Shown: positions 24,870-38,800 of the stretch, one piece after another | Position numbering within the stretch: position 1 is the first letter of the stretch | Layout of the letters: each line of letters begins with the position of its first letter | From: Tubiluchus corallicola | Lineage: Eukaryota; Animalia; Priapulida | Direction: 5' to 3' | Length of the DNA stretch: 64,000 nt | Assembly: GCA_030141605.1 (NCBI GenBank) | Contig: JAQGDQ010000500.1 | Span: 63,307 to 127,306 of the forward strand | Translations under genes and position numbers: made by a program | Notes under the pieces: generated by a model | Seen by the model: only the letters and a program-made list of their open reading frames with translations | Told to the model about the DNA's origin: nothing | The model's database searches: none

Positions 24870-25595
24870 ACACTTAATGACAATAGACCTGTGGTTTTAA
24901 CAGTGTTAAGCAAAACACTTGAACGTTTGATCTTACGTTTCCTGAAATCTGTTGTTTCATAATTTTTGCATCCGTTTCAATGCTAATCATTCCCCAGATG
25001 ATGCTGTAGCTTTTGTTGTTAATGATGTACTAACACACCTTAATAAACGTTATTGTTATGCCAGAATCCTTTTGATTCTAGCATAGCAATTTCAGTTCAG
25101 CTGATTTCAGTTCAGCTTTCAATACTATTCTGCCACTAAAATTGTATTATAAAACGAAAGAAATTAACATACCTGACTGGCTGTGTAATTTAGTACTTGA
25201 GTTCTTAACACGGGGCTCGCAGACCGTCAAGATGACTAATGGAAACACTACCATTTTGTCAACGTCAAGGGTTCTTAATATAGGCGCGCCTCAGGGGTGC
25301 GTCCTATCTCCAATGCTATACACGTTGTTTACATACGACTGTGAATTACCTTCCCCAAATACTATGATGATATCAGGCTTGCTGGACTTATTTGCAGTAA
25401 CAAAGAGACTAATTATTTTTTGACAGTTGCAAATTTAATACGATGGTCCAAATGGAATAATTTAGAACTAAATGTTTCAAAAACAAAAGAAATTATCGTA
25501 GATTATAAAATGGCGGAACTTATTATACCTGACTGGCTGTATAATTTTGTACTTGAGTTCTTGACAGGACGCTCACAGGTCGTCAAGGTAACTAA
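24870..25595 (+). mobile_element. Degenerate Rex1/Babar-type LINE reverse transcriptase fragment
   Basis: LNDNRPVVLT..SKTLERL, DFSSAFNTILP, GAPQGCVLSPMLYTLFTYDC, LELNVSKTKEIIVDY, with frameshifts and stops. Confidence 0.85.
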
Positions 25596-27115
25596 CGTTT
25601 TTATGATTTTCCTTAAACTGAATAAAAAATTCAAACTTTATAAGAACACTATGTATTTTTGTAATTTTTATAAAGTTTGATTGTTTTTAAATGTATGAGT
25701 GATTATTTAATAACTATTTGTTTTTACTCTCTCTGCACTCTCGAACTTGCTAAAAATACTGCTTACGTAACGGGCATCTAAATTGAATTTTACACTTCAT
25801 TGTTTTTCTAACTGACTGTCCAATAAGAATCATTTTCACTTGGTGTTCTAAGACACATCTCATTTACAAAGCACATTGTACGTGCCACTGTATATATTAT
25901 TGTATGTACATTGTTTTTCTAACTGACTGTTCAATAAAAATCATTTTTTTGTGTCACAAAATCATTTGTGTCACTTATAAAAGAAATCTAAATAAAGCAT
26001 AGCATATATGTATTGCAATATGCACGCGTTTCCATTTGACAGGTCATCATTGGAAAAACTGGCACAGATAATGAGTCAACAAATGACTGTCACGTCACAA
26101 TGAATAGCGCATAGCAATTAATGAACAGCAATTAATAATCATAAACGATGAAGATATATAATATACAAGCAACCTAGTTGTCGAAGTAAATATTTTATTT
26201 GATCTCACAAACAAAATAGGCCTAACTGATTATATTGCTGATGCAAACAAAAACACGATAGCTCCATAATAATGTGCTGTGCATTTAAACACAGGCAGTC
26301 AATGAGTGTGCAAAATGTGAGGAAAAAGCCTAAACCATCCTGTTTTTTGTGGTTACTTCTACACACTTTGTTTACATAGACAGCCTGTTTGTATATATGT
26401 ATAATATAATATACATTGCATATGCTACATACGTATAGTGCCTAGTGATGCAGAAAGTCATAAATGTGCTGGTGTAGATATTAAGACTGTAGTTGATGAA
26501 AACAGTTAACCTTGAAAAAGTTCATACGAGCTGGTGAAGATATGTGAAAGAAGTTAAAATAACACGACTGCAACACATTTTGTAAAAGCGATCAGCAGAA
26601 AAAGGTTTAGAAGCAACCGTACATGTTATGTACAGAAAGCCTTCACTACTTGACTCATGTTCCAAAGTCGTTTATTCTAAAGAGAATAATAAAGAGAACG
26701 TTAACAAGTAAGAAAATAAATAAAATGATAAACAGAAGCTTAGTAATTACAAAGAAGTCAACTTATTGGCAAAGTACTTTCTCAAATTTCAGAGATTGAA
26801 TTCATAACTTAATTAAATTATTTAAATTCATGTAACTTACGTCGTTGGCTCTTCGTCAAGATTTAAAATTTCTCAAGGTACAAATTTGGTTATAACTAAA
26901 CGCTGTTATTAACTATAACACAATAACGACAAAAACATTGCTGTGAATAAAAACGCGACCATCATTGTTCTCCTCCTGTCCTTTCCTCCTCACTCGTAGA
27001 GGGCAGCACCTTCCAATACATATGTGTCGTTGTGCATATTGCAGTTACAGTACAATTAAATAAATGCTGATAATTTGCAGTGTTTGAAAACTCTACTAAC
27101 TCACCTTGTTCAAGT

Positions 27116-28483
27116 ATGCTACTCTTCATCTTGACATTGAGTTGGATGGCTGCTGCATTAAATGGAAACACTTTAAAGAAAGACAACTGGAATAAAAGCT
27201 TTTCAACCTTGAATGAAAGTGCAAATAAAAAACCAATTGAATGGAATTGTGTATCATTTACAGGCAATTTCGATCATGTTAATGAAACACCCATTCAGCA
27301 CATAAGAGCTGCATACGCTATCGAAGATGCACGAATCTCAGCCGAGTATATTCTACCGTTTCTGGAAATGGTATGCAAAGTTTTGAATGTGACGTACGAG
27401 GTTCAATACTTCAAGCTAACATTGAGCAGCCATATTGACGTGGCGGAATCTGGGAAATTTGATTTGATAGTGAGTCCACTTATTTGGACAGCAGAACGAA
27501 GCAAGTCACTGTCTTTTATACATTCCTCCTGGTCAGTTCATGTGACATTTCTAATCAAGACTCCAGAGGAACACATTGATGGCTTGTCTCTTGTGGCACC
27601 ATTTAGTAGAGGTGTCTGGGTTGTCTTACTACTATACAGCTTTGTTACAGGCTGTTTATTATTTACCCTGGAAAAGTGTTCGACGGTTACAGACCACATT
27701 GAAGAAGACCATACTGTTACTTATTATTCCACCTGTGTAATGGCTTCATTTCTACAGCAGGAATGTTTGCATTTGCCCAACAGTGTGGCTTCTCGAATGC
27801 TAATCTCGTGGTGGTGGGTTTTTGCAGTGATCATGACAGCTGTGTATACCGGTTCACTAGTGTCATTTTTGACACTCCAAACACCTGTATACCCGTTCAC
27901 CTCACTGGAGGAATTACAGGAAAGTTCCTTAACTCCAGTGAGTTTTGTCAACTGGGCCATGGTCGAGAATCTTATCAATAGCCCTTCAGATACCGTAGAG
28001 AGAAAACTGTGGAAGAAGATGCAAAGAGACAATAATGCCGTAGTGCAAACAACAGCTGAAGCCCTAGAACTTGTTGCTTCGGGTGGCTATGCCTTTTTCG
28101 GATTGAGCAACGATCTAGAAAGTCTGATTATACAAGATTTCCAAAAACATGGTAAATGTCGATTCGCAATGGCCCCATTTTCAGTGTCCACAGCCATAGT
28201 ATCATGGGGCACGCCCAGGCAGAGCAAGATTTCAACATTTGTAAAATATGCAGCAGAGACCGTTTTTCAAAGTGGTCTGAATAATAAAGTGTTACGAAAT
28301 GCGTACGAAGTGAATGGGTCTCAATGCTTAGCACCTGCTACGCAAGTTGGAACTCAAGTACTGAGTATGACGAATTTACATTCAGCCTTTCTTATACTTG
28401 CTATAGGCAATGGCATTGCCACCATTGTGATTTGCCTAGAATGCCTGTATAAGAAATTTGGAAAAGCATCATCTGCTTTGTGA
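27116..28483 (+). CDS. Intronless divergent ionotropic receptor (variant iGluR lacking the ATD), 455 aa
   Basis: ATG at 27116 begins a signal peptide (MLLFILTLSWMAAALNG); S1 with FDLIVSPLIWTAERSK, PFSRGVW-M1, pore FLQQ, SRMLISWWW, M3 AVYTGSLVSFLT, S2, LSMTNLHSAFLIL-M4. Confidence 0.92.
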   Translation: MLLFILTLSWMAAALNGNTLKKDNWNKSFSTLNESANKKPIEWNCVSFTGNFDHVNETPIQHIRAAYAIEDARISAEYILPFLEMVCKVLNVTYEVQYFKLTLSSHIDVAESGKFDLIVSPLIWTAERSKSLSFIHSSWSVHVTFLIKTPEEHIDGLSLVAPFSRGVWVVLLLYSFVTGCLLFTLEKCSTVTDHIEEDHTVTYYSTCVMASFLQQECLHLPNSVASRMLISWWWVFAVIMTAVYTGSLVSFLTLQTPVYPFTSLEELQESSLTPVSFVNWAMVENLINSPSDTVERKLWKKMQRDNNAVVQTTAEALELVASGGYAFFGLSNDLESLIIQDFQKHGKCRFAMAPFSVSTAIVSWGTPRQSKISTFVKYAAETVFQSGLNNKVLRNAYEVNGSQCLAPATQVGTQVLSMTNLHSAFLILAIGNGIATIVICLECLYKKFGKASSAL

Positions 28484-28504
28484 CTTTTTCATAGTTGATA
28501 ATAT

Positions 28505-28852
28505 TGTTACGGAGGCACCTGTGTCGGGTCAGGTGTAGGGCCCTCTACACGCCCTGCTTCCATGTCAGCAGTGACTCACCCCTTTCTTGTAGGCTCCGAC
28601 GTCTTGTTTGGGCCTACACGTGGTGTGAGAAGCCAGCTGACCTGGAATGCCAGTATAAAAGCGTGTAGAGGTCACTACAGCCTTGATTTCTGACACAGGT
28701 GCTCCTCGGGTGTAGTGCTATTACTGAGTTAGTTAGTTAGTTTTTGTGCACGTGTATTTTGTTCCCTATTTTTATTAGTGCTGATAATAAACTCCGTACA
28801 GTGTAGTTTTTGTTTATTTTATTTTATGAGAGTTAAATGACATGCTATAACA
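28505..28852 (+). mobile_element. Probable solo LTR just downstream of the IR stop codon
   Basis: TGTTA...TAACA ends, TATAAAA at about 28654, AATAAA at about 28786; no TSD seen. Confidence 0.6.
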
Positions 28853-29639
28853 GGTAAATGCTACTAGTTTACAGACATTAACTTAGTTAATTAGCATAAC
28901 ATTTGAAATTAAAATTAACATTTGTAGTTAAGTAATCAGTTACACAACGATAGTAAACGCATCTTCATGATGCGCAATATCAAGACCGCCATGCCGTCTT
29001 GGAGTTCGACCCCATGAGTCGAATTCAGTCCAAAACTAAAAACTTTTAACAAAATCAACTGTTTAAACAGTGGTTAACTCACACTAAAATTAAAAGATAC
29101 AATTTATTAGTCCAAGAACCATTTAATTTTTTAATTACATTAACAAAACGTTAATCAAAAGCTACTGATATCATTAACTATACCTATAAGTAAGAAAGCT
29201 GAAGAAACAATAAATGCCACAACAACTAGTAAAGATACATGGCGGACATCATTCATTTTCTGATATTGTTACTTACACTTTCGTCTGGTTGAAATGACCA
29301 GGCCAGTGTGTAACCAAACTAAGACTGAGATCAGCAGCAAAGCGACAAAGCTTAAAATTATCGTCACAATAGTAAATAAACATTTAGTTACGAAAAAATT
29401 ATATAGTAATTATAGTCTATATGTATTCTGGTGTAAATAAGAGGATGAATAAAATGTCTATGTCTGTGTTTGAGTTTTTCATGTAATAGGCTTTCAAGCA
29501 AAAACATTTCAATGGAACTTTTCTAATTCCGAAAGATAGGCATGTGCCAACTTTATCTTGAAGAGTAGGCAAAGATCGTAACATTTGCCCGGCAGAGGGC
29601 GGCCAGTGTGATGTTCTGAGACGACGACACACAGGTGCG

Positions 29640-29766
29640 CGGTAAAAATGGCACACGTAAAACAAACAGTAAAAATGGCACAGGAAAATGGCACAAATGG
29701 AAAAGCAGGTAAAAATGGCACAGGAAAAATTGGCACAAATAGACAAGTAAGAAAAAATGGCGCACA
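29640..29766. repeat. Cluster of aaaatggcac motifs (probable subterminal repeats of a DNA transposon)
   Basis: About 6-7 copies of the motif; the transposon origin is inference. Confidence 0.5.
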
Positions 29767-32027
29767 TGTTATTTTGATGCAAATGATTCCTATAATAAAA
29801 CTGGAGTGTGCTCATTAGGAAGCAGATCTTTGCCAATCCTGATCCTATTCGTCTGTTTGTTTTGATTCAATATATTTAACACAAAGATAGGCAAGCAAAC
29901 ATACGAAAATGTACATAAATTGGTATTATATAGACTAGCAAGAGACACACAAAATATTTGTTCATTAATTGGATTTGTAATCAATAATGCATAAATATTT
30001 CACCTAGTGTTTATCTACCGTTTTCACTATTAATCTTGGCAGTGGTAATAGACTGACAAAAAAAGTCACCTTATAGGGCTGTAAAATGAGCCACTGAACC
30101 GACAGAAGTGTCTCAGCCAAGATGTAAACTCGGATGTAAACGTGGTTCCTCAATATAGTCTATAAAGTAGTCTGCAATTGTATGAGGACGCTAACCTTTC
30201 TACGATATCAACTCCGGAACAACAGAGAGAGACCATTAATCTTGACAATTATTATAAGATAATCAAGTGTTCATCCATTCTCCAGGAAGATGATTTCTTT
30301 TCGTACCCTCCTAAGCCCCTCCATGGGACATTCATCCAAACTACCAGACAGTTTAGTATAGTAGTAACGCATCCAATTTGCATCTGGGAGATCGTGAGTT
30401 CGATACAGCTGCCGGCTTTGGACTATTGATTATATTTTGATAATACTTTGGTCTTGCGCCAAGTATCAGACGCACATCAAGTGATTTTCAAGGCGCTTTT
30501 TGCCATCGTTTTAAAAGATCAAAGTCTACGATTAATTGACTCATGAGAAAATGAATGTAAAAGGTAGCATTGTTTGAGAAATTACCATTAATTTTTAGTT
30601 GGTCAAACTCATAACAATAAACGGCCACCTAAGTCACATTAGTATAATTTTTCTTTTCATATTTAGATTTCAACTCTAGGTCCCCATGACTTCGAAAGGT
30701 AAGGTAAGATTGGTACTTCCCACTTCCCAGAATGATAATAATAGTAGCCAGTAGCTTCACGCCACTCAAATATTAACGAGCATTCAACAGTGTGGTGCGC
30801 CCCAAATCGGTGGAATGCAGTGTTAGTTTTGCAAACAAATATGTCCGCTCCCTGCGAAAGCAGTTTTACTACTGTGTTACCAAAGGTTAGTGAGTTTTTA
30901 CCCGACAACACCACGTTATTAAATTGACAAAATTAATTTAAAATAGCCGTATGGTAATTCAGGTACAGATATGTTATATGGTTTGTAATATGCTACGTAA
31001 TTATGTGGTTATTGTTATAATTATATAGGGTTTATAAATTATTCATTATGTAATGACATTTTAGAGAAAATAATTTTTTTCTAAACTTTGAAAATACACG
31101 TTTATGAGATCTAGCTGTGCAGATTTTAGACAAATGCTTGCAAGAGCCCAGGACGAAAAACGTGCAATTGTTAATTACTGAACCAGTTTGTATGTTGCAA
31201 CGTGAACGCATAATATGATATGTAACCAGTCCGCCTATGTTATAATTGCTTTAGAAAATAGTTATAGACTAGTATTAAAGTTTAGTGAAGAGCCATAGTT
31301 GTATAACAGGAGGCAGCCAGGTTCTAAAGTTAGGGGGAGCAAACACATTAAAAATTTTAATGCATTGATTATACATTTTAATGTTGAGTTTAAAATCAAA
31401 ACACGAGGAAGACAAGTTTTAAGTGACTACATGGTTAAGTGAATAATACGTGGTTAGGTCTTAAGTGTAGCAAATAAACAAAATGCAAAGCAGTTATATT
31501 ATAATTATACCAATGGAAAAAAGCAAGCAAATAATGCAGTTAAATATTAAAACAATAACTGAACAAGTCATGAATGCAACTACAAAAAAGCAAGCAATCT
31601 GGTTAAATCATAAATGCAGTGAGTGAACTAAAATGCAGCAAATGAACGAAAATGTAGTTAAATAATGAATGCACACCAAAAAAAGGAAGAAAATTTGTGC
31701 ATTAAGTCTTAAATGTAATAAATGAACAAAAGCAATCAGTAATCACAGTGTGAGAAATAAACACAAAAAGCAAGTAATGCAGTCAATTTATAACTGCAGC
31801 TATTGAATGAACAGCAAAGAAAAAAACTGTAGTTAAATTTTAAATGTGACTAATTTTTTTAAAAAAAAAACAAACATTATTGCACGAATGAATTCAAGAG
31901 TTAAGAAATTGTTGAAAAATGTGCCAAAATTTAAAATTGTACGCGGTGGAGAGGTTGCTGAAAGTGTTTGAACACTGGAATACCAGTCACATAAATAAGT
32001 TCATGTAATGAGAGTCAAATCATAAAT

Positions 32028-32760
32028 CTATAGACATAGACATAGACATTTATTTTCTCCAATTAGTTTACATCAAAAGTTTTTTAAATATTAAGTAATT
32101 ATAATCATGGAGCAGGGCAGGGAAGGACCATGGGGTCATCTAGTCTCCTGCCCTTTCTTATAAATAGATTAGTCATATTAAAAATTAACGGTGATGCTGC
32201 AGATAACAAAAACAAATAACAACAAATAATAATAAAAACAGTATAAATGATACAAATTATCCAAAAAGAACTGAAAACAAAAAATAATAAAGTTAGATAC
32301 CTAAATCTAAACAAAACAATACAATTATTCAGTAATTAGGATTATCATATGTAGTAGTTTCAAATGGGGTCTTATTAACAGGGGAATTTGACCAAGGTTA
32401 GTGAGTAAAGTTAAAGAAACTGAGAGTATGGAAAGAAAAATAAGCATCAAAAAAGTGTAATATAGAAAAATTTATGAGAAAAAGTAAGTATGAGAAAGAG
32501 CAACAATTACTTTAGGAGATGAGGAGAAAAAAGAAAAAAACTTGCTAGCTTGCTTATTGGTATTACAAGTTATGTACTACAGGTATATTCATTTAGTAAG
32601 ATTTTCGTGCATTTTTTAGAAGCAGAAAATAAGCTACCTTTAAAGGTATCTTTTGGCAACGAATTCCATCATTCAACTCCTCGTGATTTTAAGCTATTGA
32701 AACCATGTCGGGTAAAAAATCCCTCCACAAAATACTGTTCATCACAAGCAGTATATTAGA
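32028..32760 (-). mobile_element. LINE 3' end (CR1 group) with 3' stem-loop and (ATGTCT)n tail
   Basis: Minus frame HGFNSLKSRGVE*WNSLPKD...; hairpin gggcagg...cctgccc at about 32116-32153; tail at 32028-32049. A related hairpin is at about 35851-35889. Confidence 0.6.
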
Positions 32761-32812
32761 CTACCTTGTATTTATGCTATCTTTGCTATATTTTAGACTA
32801 TCTTGAAACAAG

Positions 32813-35800
32813 ATGCCACAGTGCCAGGCTTACGGCTGCAAAAATCAAACGTACTATTCCAGAAACAAGTCATTCTTCAGCATTCCGGATCCGACACGCG
32901 ATGCCAGCAAGAAGGAATTAGCTGCCATGTGGCTACGCAACATTTATGGTGCAGGTCATACAATAGAAACATTCAAATTTGGTTATCACAAAAAAGTTTG
33001 CGAAGATCACTTTACAGCTGATATGTTTATGCAAGACACACACATAAAAATGTGCCGTGCGCTGGGGAAGACTCCCAAGCATTATAAATCTCTTGTACCT
33101 GGAGCTGTACCAACAGTTTTTGTTCATCGGGCAGTAGTGACCGATGCAGGAGGAATGACAACACTGAATAATTCCCAGGAAAGACGGCATAAGCGGGTAA
33201 GTGTATGGGTCATTCTCTACAGGATACAGGAGGAATGACAAGACTGGATAATTCCCAGGAAAGACGGCATAAGCGGGTAAGTGTATGGGTCATTCTCTAC
33301 AGGATACAGGAGGAATGACAAGACTGGATAATTCCCAGGAAAGACGATATAAGCGGGTAAGTGTATGGGTCATTCTTTACAGGATACAGAAGGAACGACA
33401 AGACAGGAAAATTCCCAGGAAAGACGGCATAAGCGGGTAAGTGTATGGGTCATTCTCTACAGGATACAGGAGAAACGACAAGACAGGATAATTCCCAGGA
33501 AAGACAGCATAAGCGGGTAAGTGTATGGGTCATTCTCTACAGGATACAGGAGGAATGACAAGACTGGATAATTCCCAGGAAAGACGATATAAGCGGGTAA
33601 GTGTATGGGTCATTCTCTACAGGATACAGGAGGAACGACAAGACAGGAAAATTCCCAGGAAAGACGGCATAAGCGGGTAAGTGTACGGGTCATTCTCTAC
33701 AGGATACAGGAGGAATGACAAGACAGGAAAATTCCCAGGAAAGACGGCATAAGCGGGTAAGTGTACGGGTCACTCTCTACAGGATACAGGAGGAACTACA
33801 AGACTGGAAAATTCCCAGGAAAGACGGCATAAGCGGGTAAGTGTACGGGTCATTCTCTACAGGATACAGGAGGAACTACAAGACTGGAAAATTCCCAGGA
33901 AAGACGGCATAAGCGGGTAAGTGTATGGGTCATTCTCTACAGGATACAGGAGAAACGACAAGACAGGATAATTCCCAGGAAAGACGGCATAAGCGGGTAA
34001 GTGTACGGGTCATTCTCTACAGGATACAGGAGGAACGACAAGACAGGAAAATTCCCAGGAAAGACGGCATAAGCAGGTAAGTGTATGGGTCATTCTCTAC
34101 AGGATACAGGAGGAACGACAAGACAGGAAAATTCCCAGGAAAGACGGCATAAGCGGGTAAGTGTACAGGTCATTCTCTACAGGATACAGGAGGAATGACA
34201 AGACAGGAAAATTCCCAGGAAAGACGGCATAAGCGGGTAAGTGTAGGGGTTTCCCAGGAAAGACGGATAAGCGGGTAAGTGTAGGGTCATTCTCTACAGG
34301 ATACAGGAGGAAGACAAGACGGAAATTCCCAGGAAAGACGGCATAAGCGGGTAAGTGTATGGGTCATTCTCTACAGGATACAGGAGGAACGACAAGACAG
34401 GATAATTCCCAGGAAAGACGGCATAAGCGGGTAAGTGTACAGGTCATTCTCTACAGGATACAGGAGGAATGACAAGACAGGAAAATTCCCAGGAAAGACG
34501 GCATAAGCGGGTAAGTGTACGGGTCATTCTCCACAGGATACAGGAGGAATGACAAGACTGGATAATTCCCAGGAAAGACGGCATAAGCGGGTAAGTGTAT
34601 GGGTCATTCTCTACAGAACGTGTAAAACAGATGTGAAAAAATCTGCCAAATGACTGGAAAGATGTTCTTAAAATTACTCTTCTATGTCACTAATAAGACT
34701 GATGTTCTTGTTTAAGTGCTGCCACCTGTTTCACTTGGTTGGGTAGGTGCATTGGCTTGAGCAGTCAGACTGCCATGATTTATGTTGACATGTTTCAGAA
34801 TTGCTAATATTTTTGTTTTTCACGATTTGAGCCTTAAGTTTTTGTTGAATCTACTTGATTATCATATCGCGTTGAAAACACCGGTTCTCGCCTGATCACC
34901 AAAGTTAAGCAACATAGAGCCTGGTTAGTACTTGGTTGGGTGACAGCCTAGGAATACCAGGTGCTGTAGGCTTGCGGAATGTTCGCACTGTATCTCGACA
35001 CTAGGCGGAGGAGCTGCACAAGCAGCCAGCGGCTAGAGGGCGGAGGAGGTCAAGTGACCCAATGGTCATGTGTAGAGGAGTAAACCTTCCAAATCAGGAG
35101 TGGAGCTCCGAAGGCGGATCAGTGCAGCATGCTCACTGAATCTGGCAGCTCCTGCAGCCAACCTGGTGCCAAACGTATCGCTCCGCTTTCCTTTGGACTA
35201 CACCAGGGAGGAAGAGAGGGGGTTCCTGTTATCTGGGCAACTCAGGATCTTCGTACACCTTGCCCAGGTGTGCGCCCTGGAGAGGCCACTCCAGTGGTTC
35301 AAGGATCGAACTGCTCAGCCACAGTCGACGCTGCAGCTCCATCAATGTGATAAATAACTGACTCTCTTGGCGCACACTCCATTGTCTTCGGAGACAGAAG
35401 GATGCCGACAACAACTTCATTACATTAACGTTTTCATAGCTGCAAAAACGTAAGGATCAAATCGTGAAAAACAAAAATATTAGCAATTCTGGAACGTGTC
35501 AACATAAATCATGGCAGTCTGACTACTACTGCTCAAGCCAATGCACCTACCGAACCAGATGAGATAGGTGGCAGCACTTAAACAAGAACATCAGTCTTCT
35601 GCTGGATATTAAAGCAAGTGAAACAAATTTTCGCCTAATGCAGATAGGCTGTCACATCCCTTGTAAAAAGAAAGGATACTGACAGAGCTTAAAACACTTG
35701 TAAAAATTTACTATGACCATTTTAAAGTTATCTGAATAATTACTTTTGTCATTACTGTTACAGACAAGATAATAATAATCTTTTTTTATTTATCTTGTAA

Positions 35801-38800
35801 CACATGCACAGTTATAATACAATTTATTTGGTAACAAAAATGTGAAGAAAGGGCAGCGAAAGACCAATTGGTCATCTAGTCAGCTGCCCTTTGGTTAGTG
35901 ATGAACATTTTTTATAGGTGCTACGCTTCAGTGTATTAGTGTTTGTACCGCTTATAATAAAAACTAAATTGCTACGAATGACATTAAATTGATATGCTTA
36001 TAACGTGTTAGTACAATTCATAAACAGTAATAATAAGTGCATAATAAAAAAATCAAACTGAAAATAACTGAAATAAGAACTGAAACAAGAACTGAAATAA
36101 AAATCTGACAACAGAAACATAATAACAATGGCAACTGAAATTTACTTTATAACACAAGCATAATTCTTAGACAAGCAAGCGAATGTACAATGGAGTCATA
36201 ATATATCATAATAATGTAAAAAAATACAGAGCGATTTTTGATGATCTGAGGTAAAATAAATACACAGATAGTTAAAGCACAAAAAATGACCTGTATGACT
36301 GCATGAGGAGATTAACAATTGGAGTCCAGACTTTGAAAATGATCTACAGAAGTTAGACAATAAACAATTAAATATTGAACCTGCTATAACAGTAACTGCT
36401 CTTGCACGCAGTTAGACAATTTATTAGTGGGCAAAAGGAATAAAAGTTGTAAAAGTTGTTAGAAAATACTGTATGCTTATATGTAGTTAATCTCAGTAAT
36501 AAGTTTGCAAGAGTTGACATTTATATAATATACAAGAGGTGTGAGACATGAACAATACAACGTAGAAACGTATTTATGAAAGTATTTGGGAAGAGGATTT
36601 TCACTTTTAGTGTGCTGTTTAGAATAAAGTACTGCAAATTAATTTTCAAACGGATACTTTCTGGCAAATCTAATGTAATAGAAAAGTTGAAAATGGGCAC
36701 TGGGGACATTGGAAAAACTTTCACAGGAACTGATTTCAACTTCAGGAGAGATTTCTGAAATACTTTTCCGGGAACAAATACAACCGGAATAAGTTTCTTT
36801 CTTTGGTGTCTATCAGTCATGAGACAGTATCGCACCAGAAACTTTGTTATTTAAAAAAATTTATCCTGGGACAAAAATTGTACGTTCTGTGGAGTATGAC
36901 CCGTATACGTTAGTGAAATTATGAAGCTTATAAAATTAGTAGCATAAGTAACAACAACAAATGTTGTTGTTGTGGTTGTTGTTAGGCTTGCTGTTGCTAT
37001 GGTTGTGGCTGTTGTTGTTATTGTTGCTGCTGCTGTTGCTGTTGCTGGGGCTGTTGCTGTGGTTGTGGCTGTTGTTATTGCTGTGGTTGTGGCTGTTGTT
37101 GTTGGTGTTGTTGTTGTTCCTGTGCCTGTGGTTGTTGTTGTTGCTTTTGTTGTTGTGGCTGTGGCTGTGGTTGTTGTTGTTGTTATTGTTATTGCTGTGG
37201 TTGTGGTTGTTGTTGTTGTCATTGCTGTGGTTGTGGTTGTTGTTGTTGTTGTTATTGCTGTGGTTGTGGTTGTTGTTATTGTTATTACTGTGGTTGTTGT
37301 TGTTGTTATTGTTATTACTGTGGTTGTGGTTGTTGTTGTTGTTATTGCTGTGGTTGTGGTTGTTGTTGTTGTTGTTATTACTGTGGCTGTGGTTGTTGTT
37401 GTTGTTGTTGTTGTTGTCATTTTCAGTATTGTGATTACAGGTAAATGTGCCTTTCTGTAATCATCTTTTTATTATATATTTATTTTATAAAAATTATTGG
37501 TACCATAATCAAAATTCGTTGTTAATACCATTCATTACAAATACAAAAAAATCACCGCTGCAGCATTTCTGTTTATTATCAGTACTGTCATTTTCAAGTA
37601 TGTACATTTTTATAATGTGTGCTTGCATAGCAAAATCATCCATAAGTCCTCATTCAAGCTTTTCTAGTTATTCACATATCCTGAAGCTCCATTTCATGAG
37701 GAACATTTTGATACCAAGTTCATCACTCTATGTTATTTCTAAGCTGAGATAATCCACGTTGAAGTTGAGGTGTGGGCTTTTTCAAACTCCGATAGTAGCT
37801 CGTGGAAGCAGCAATCATTTTTTCAGGTTTTTCTGTTGTCAAGCCCAGATCTTCATCAGAAAGAGCCATCTACTGGACTTAAACATAACTTCATCATGTT
37901 CTTGCAATGTCCGTAGCAACCAACATCGCTGTGGTTGCTTGATATGTGTTTTGTAGAAACAAGACAAAAACAATGGCTGACTTTAACAGTGATTTTCTAA
38001 AGATTATGTTTTTCAGCGCGCAGCCTGCATCTCAACTTCAACGTGGATTATCTCAGCTTAGAAATAACATAGAGTGATGAACTTGGTATCAAAATGATCC
38101 TCATGAAATGGAGATTTAGGATATCAGAATGATTAGAGAAGCTTAATTGCTGACTTATGGATGATTTTGTTATGCAAGCAACACACATTATGATTCCAGC
38201 TCTTTCTAATGTCACGTTATATTTTCAATAAATTAAGATGATTTTAATCCTTGTTTTCTTTTCCTTCACAGAAGAACAACGTGTTTCTGTTGAAGTCAGA
38301 ACGTGAGACAGCTGACAATGCTGTACGATTTCCAGGACCACCAATTCTCGCCTCAAACGATCATAAATATTGCAAAAAAGAGGAGACAGTTTCAGTAATA
38401 AGCAACGTGAAACAAGAGCTAGACAAAGGCGATGCATTGTTTATAAGCCATGTGCCGGAAGATGAACTACACCATGACACAGATGACAATGAAGAACTAG
38501 ACAAAGGCGATGCATTGTTTATAAGCCGTGTGCCGAAAGATGAACTACTCCATGACACAGATGACAATGAAGAACTAGACAAAGGTGATGCGTTGTTTAT
38601 AAGCCGTTTGCCGAAAGATGAACTACGCCATGACAGTGATGACAATGAAGAACTAGACAAAAGCGATGCATTGTTTATAAGCCGTGTGCCGAAAGATGAA
38701 CTACTCCATGACACAGATGACAATGAAGAACTAGACAAAGGCGATGCATTGTTTATAAGCCGTATGCCGAAAGATGAACTACGCCATAACACAGATGACA

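Noticed and set aside
27080-27115. ORF-track start of the IR at GTG 27080
   Set aside because: Non-ATG start overlapping a splice acceptor; ATG 27116 begins a proper signal peptide.
34945-35045. HDV-like ribozyme behind the 5S head (gcctag/ctaggc, tgt-atctcg-aca)
   Set aside because: Copy 1 breaks the putative P3 and P1.1 pairs and I could not find P2; it would need a descriptor search on the consensus.
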